Below are positions 22,994 through 25,899 of a stretch of DNA of 25,899 nt, piece after piece. Under the pieces are notes generated by a model. It made no database searches. It saw only the letters and a program-made list of their open reading frames with translations, and had not been told where the DNA came from. The position numbers were made by a program, and so were the translations under genes. Origin of the DNA: a virus (Duplodnaviria > Caudoviricetes); the IMG/VR virus record IMGVR_UViG_3300020352_000031, positions 1 to 25,899 of that record. One strand, 5' to 3'. Every line of letters begins with the position of its first letter. Position 1 is the stretch's first letter.

Positions 22994-25899
22994 TGGCTAA
23001 TACAGTGAAGTTAACAATTAAGGTAGACGATAATGGCTCTTTAAGTGTTGTTGCCAAAGAAGCTAAAAAAGCCACCGCTGAAACTGATAAGCTTGGCCGG
23101 TCAACAGATAAGCTAGGCAAGTCTAGGGGCAGGTTTAATAAGGGCGAAAAAGGAGTAGCGGGAGCAACTTCAAATAGCACTAAAGCTTTCTCTAAAATGC
23201 GTATGGAAATGGGTGGAGGCTCCTCAGGTTTAGTAGGAGCTTACGCTACTTTAGCAGCCAACGTTTTTGCTCTTACTGCTGCTTTTGGCGTTCTTCAAAG
23301 ATCCTCACAAATAGATCAGTTAGCGCAGAGTTTACAGTTTCTTGGAAATGCAGCAGGCACAAACTTAAACATAGTTGTTGACCAACTAAAAAGAGTAACA
23401 GATGGAGCTCTTAGTACAGAAGAAGCTTTAAGATCGGCCTCCGTAGCTGCCAGCGCGGGGTTTTCTAGTGCTCAACTTTTACAGCTTACTACCGTTGCGA
23501 AAGGTGCTTCGGTAGCTTTAGGCAGAAACCTAGTAGATGCTCAAGACAGACTAGTAAGAGGTGTAGCTAAACTGGAGCCAGAAATTCTTGACGAATTGGG
23601 AATACTTGTTAGGCTGGATCAAGCTTCTGAAGATTATGCCACTAGTTTAGGAAAAACTGTCCAGCAGTTAACTATAGCAGAAAAACAACAGGCATTTTTT
23701 AATGCTACTGCAGAACAGGGCACCAAGAAATACGGAGCCTTAGCAGCCACTTTTGAAACTAATCCCTATGACCAGCTTTCTGCGTCTTTATCAAACCTTT
23801 TAAAAGATTTTGTAACTCTTATAAACAAAGGCTTAGTTCCGCTTGTGGAATTTTTATCAAAGAGCCAAGGAGCTTTAATAGCTTTTTCAGGCCTGTTTTT
23901 ATCAACAATTTCCAGCACATTATTGCCCGCCATGACTGCTATGGGGCAAAAAATGGCAAAAAATTCTGAGTTAACTACTCTATTTGCTACGTCTAATTTG
24001 AAAGGGCTGAAGTCTGTTTCTAAAGGAACTACTATCTATAGTAAATTTGTTGCAGGAATTCAAGATGGAACTAAGAATATAGGTGATTACCAGGAAGGCC
24101 TGAGCAGTCTAGATGACTCTATCGGTAAGCATACTCGTAGCTTGAGTAAAATGGAAGATGCCGGAGATGCTGAGAGCTCAAAACTTATACAGAAAAAAGC
24201 AGCACTCAATGCTGTACGTGAAGAAAGAACCAGACTACTAAAAGCTGTTAAGTTACATCAAATATCTTCTGCAAAAATGACTGCTGCACACGGGTTAGAA
24301 GCTATGGCACAAGGTTCCGTTATAATGGGAACTAAAGCACTAAAACAAGCTGTTCTCGACTACCAGTCCGGACTTGCGGTAGCAGGGCTTCAAACAACTG
24401 CTTTCACTGGCGTACTAAATACATTAAAAACAGCAGGATTTGCCTCTGTACTAGCTTTAAGAGCTCTTGCTACGGCTTTCTTTGCCTTGCTAGGCCCTTT
24501 ATCATTGCTATTCACACTTGTAACTGCTGGTTATGCGATATTTAAAGAGAAATTTATTCCTAAAGAAGTAGTAGATGAAGCTGGTGAAAATCTTGCTAGA
24601 GTTTTAAACAATATAAAAAATATAAACGATCAGTTTGTCGTTAGCTCTGTGGCGGGCTCCGATAGAGTTGTAGCGGGAATGCGAGCAGCGAATGGTGTAC
24701 TTATACAAAGTTTAGACTTGATGCGACAGCGTGAAAATTTGCAGCAAGAATCAATAAGAAAAGAATTAGCAGCAGAAAAATCAAGACTCGATAGGTTAAA
24801 TCAATTACAAAAGCGAGCAAAATCTCAACTCGATAAAGGTCCAATGGTCGGAGGTAAAGCAATTACCCCAGGTAGCAGCCTCTTCTTAAGAGAACAAACA
24901 AAGCTTCAAGAGACCTATAATAAAGTTTTAGCAGAAACAGACGCAGCTACCGCAAGACTTACATCTCTACAAGAAGCTCTGGGAAAACCAACAGAGGCAG
25001 CAAAAGAAAGTCTAAGTACTCTTATAACTACTTTAACTAACTCAGATTTGAGCAACTTTGTGGCACCTTTGATAGCGGAGATGGTCCTTTTGGCAGAGGC
25101 GCAGGGGAAGGGCACCATCACCAGTGAAGAATACCAAGAAAAGCTAGACGGTATACGAAAAAAGGCAAGTACTGCACAAAGCTTTCTTCCTAATCTTACA
25201 GACACTCTTGCCTCCGTAGGCAAAGAGATGAATAAGCTAAATGCTAGAAGCAATACTCCCTTTGATGCTTTGTTGACAGCCGCGAAAGCAGTAGAGAACG
25301 AGTTTAATGGCTTAAATACTTTAGCTCCGGAAACTAGAAAAAATCTTGAAAATAATTTAGGCGCAACAGGTAAAGCTATTCTTAAAACTTTTAAAGGACA
25401 AGGCGGACCTGCTGTAAGAACTTTTGTATCAGAGTTAGAGAAAGCTGTTAAAACTATAGCACAAGGACCGGAGAAACTTAAAGCTAACGCAACAGCTCAA
25501 AAAGCTCTTACAGAGGCTGCTAAACACTCTGTTACGGCGTATGGCAGTCTAGTCGAAACTCAGGGAAAGGGATTTGATCTCAGAAAAGATATAATAGATG
25601 CTGAAGAAAAAGCAAACAAAGCGCTCGTGGGACAAACAGCCGAGCAAATAGCGAACTCTAAAGCCGACATAGAAAATAAAAAAGCTGCACTTGCTTTAGA
25701 TCGCCTATCTGTAGACGAAGGCGTTGTTAAAGTAAAGACTGAACAGATTAGATTAAAAAATAAAAAGCAAATATTAGATATAGATAAAAAAGCTCTCTCC
25801 GTAGCAATAGACGCTCAGCGGCTGTCTGCAGATATGGCTGCAGTACAAACTAAACTTGCTAACTCTAGAAGTAGATCTGATGGGTCTACTGCATTAAGT
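22993..25899 (+). CDS. Tape measure protein (T5 pb2-like), 5' part, truncated by the window end
   Basis: GTG at 22993 overlaps the upstream TAG; translates MANTVKLTIKVDDNG...GLVGAYATLAANVFALTAAF...GVAKLEPEILDELGI; Ala/Lys-rich helical sequence; absent from the ORF track, consistent with no stop before the end. Confidence 0.9.
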   Translation, partial: MANTVKLTIKVDDNGSLSVVAKEAKKATAETDKLGRSTDKLGKSRGRFNKGEKGVAGATSNSTKAFSKMRMEMGGGSSGLVGAYATLAANVFALTAAFGVLQRSSQIDQLAQSLQFLGNAAGTNLNIVVDQLKRVTDGALSTEEALRSASVAASAGFSSAQLLQLTTVAKGASVALGRNLVDAQDRLVRGVAKLEPEILDELGILVRLDQASEDYATSLGKTVQQLTIAEKQQAFFNATAEQGTKKYGALAATFETNPYDQLSASLSNLLKDFVTLINKGLVPLVEFLSKSQGALIAFSGLFLSTISSTLLPAMTAMGQKMAKNSELTTLFATSNLKGLKSVSKGTTIYSKFVAGIQDGTKNIGDYQEGLSSLDDSIGKHTRSLSKMEDAGDAESSKLIQKKAALNAVREERTRLLKAVKLHQISSAKMTAAHGLEAMAQGSVIMGTKALKQAVLDYQSGLAVAGLQTTAFTGVLNTLKTAGFASVLALRALATAFFALLGPLSLLFTLVTAGYAIFKEKFIPKEVVDEAGENLARVLNNIKNINDQFVVSSVAGSDRVVAGMRAANGVLIQSLDLMRQRENLQQESIRKELAAEKSRLDRLNQLQKRAKSQLDKGPMVGGKAITPGSSLFLREQTKLQETYNKVLAETDAATARLTSLQEALGKPTEAAKESLSTLITTLTNSDLSNFVAPLIAEMVLLAEAQGKGTITSEEYQEKLDGIRKKASTAQSFLPNLTDTLASVGKEMNKLNARSNTPFDALLTAAKAVENEFNGLNTLAPETRKNLENNLGATGKAILKTFKGQGGPAVRTFVSELEKAVKTIAQGPEKLKANATAQKALTEAAKHSVTAYGSLVETQGKGFDLRKDIIDAEEKANKALVGQTAEQIANSKADIENKKAALALDRLSVDEGVVKVKTEQIRLKNKKQILDIDKKALSVAIDAQRLSADMAAVQTKLANSRSRSDGSTALS

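Noticed and set aside
5574-25253. Numerous minus-strand ORFs in the late region (e.g. 7481-8047, 10117-10434, 12353-12700, 24915-25253) and 16443-16628
   Set aside because: Antisense or alternate-frame shadows of well-supported genes with no motifs or RBS

Overview
Segment of a lytic T5-like siphovirus genome (Demerecviridae-like, probably environmental) that appears to span the genome-end/terminal-repeat junction. Positions 1-2330 (minus strand) hold early gene cassettes, most behind their own consensus sigma70 promoter: a circularly permuted two-piece tmRNA gene (tag ANDDVYSLAA), an A2-like DNA-binding protein, an HEXXH metalloprotease-like protein and a polyphosphate kinase 2. Positions ~2350-5200 form a GC-richer block with no GATC found by manual scan, resembling a miniature T5 pre-early/first-step-transfer region. 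It carries A2-like, HAD phosphatase, DEDDh exonuclease and small membrane protein genes, plus a repeat-rich non-coding tract with two opposing promoters and a near-consensus parS site. Positions 5260-25899 (plus strand) are late genes in T5 order: GNAT-like protein and adhesin/tail-fibre module, terS, a cluster of small basic and accessory genes, terL, HNH nickase, portal, an in-frame protease-major capsid fusion, head and tail completion proteins, tail tube, chaperones with a candidate +1 frameshift, and a tape measure protein running off the window. Family assignments come from motifs, gene order and recalled similarity; no database searches were run.
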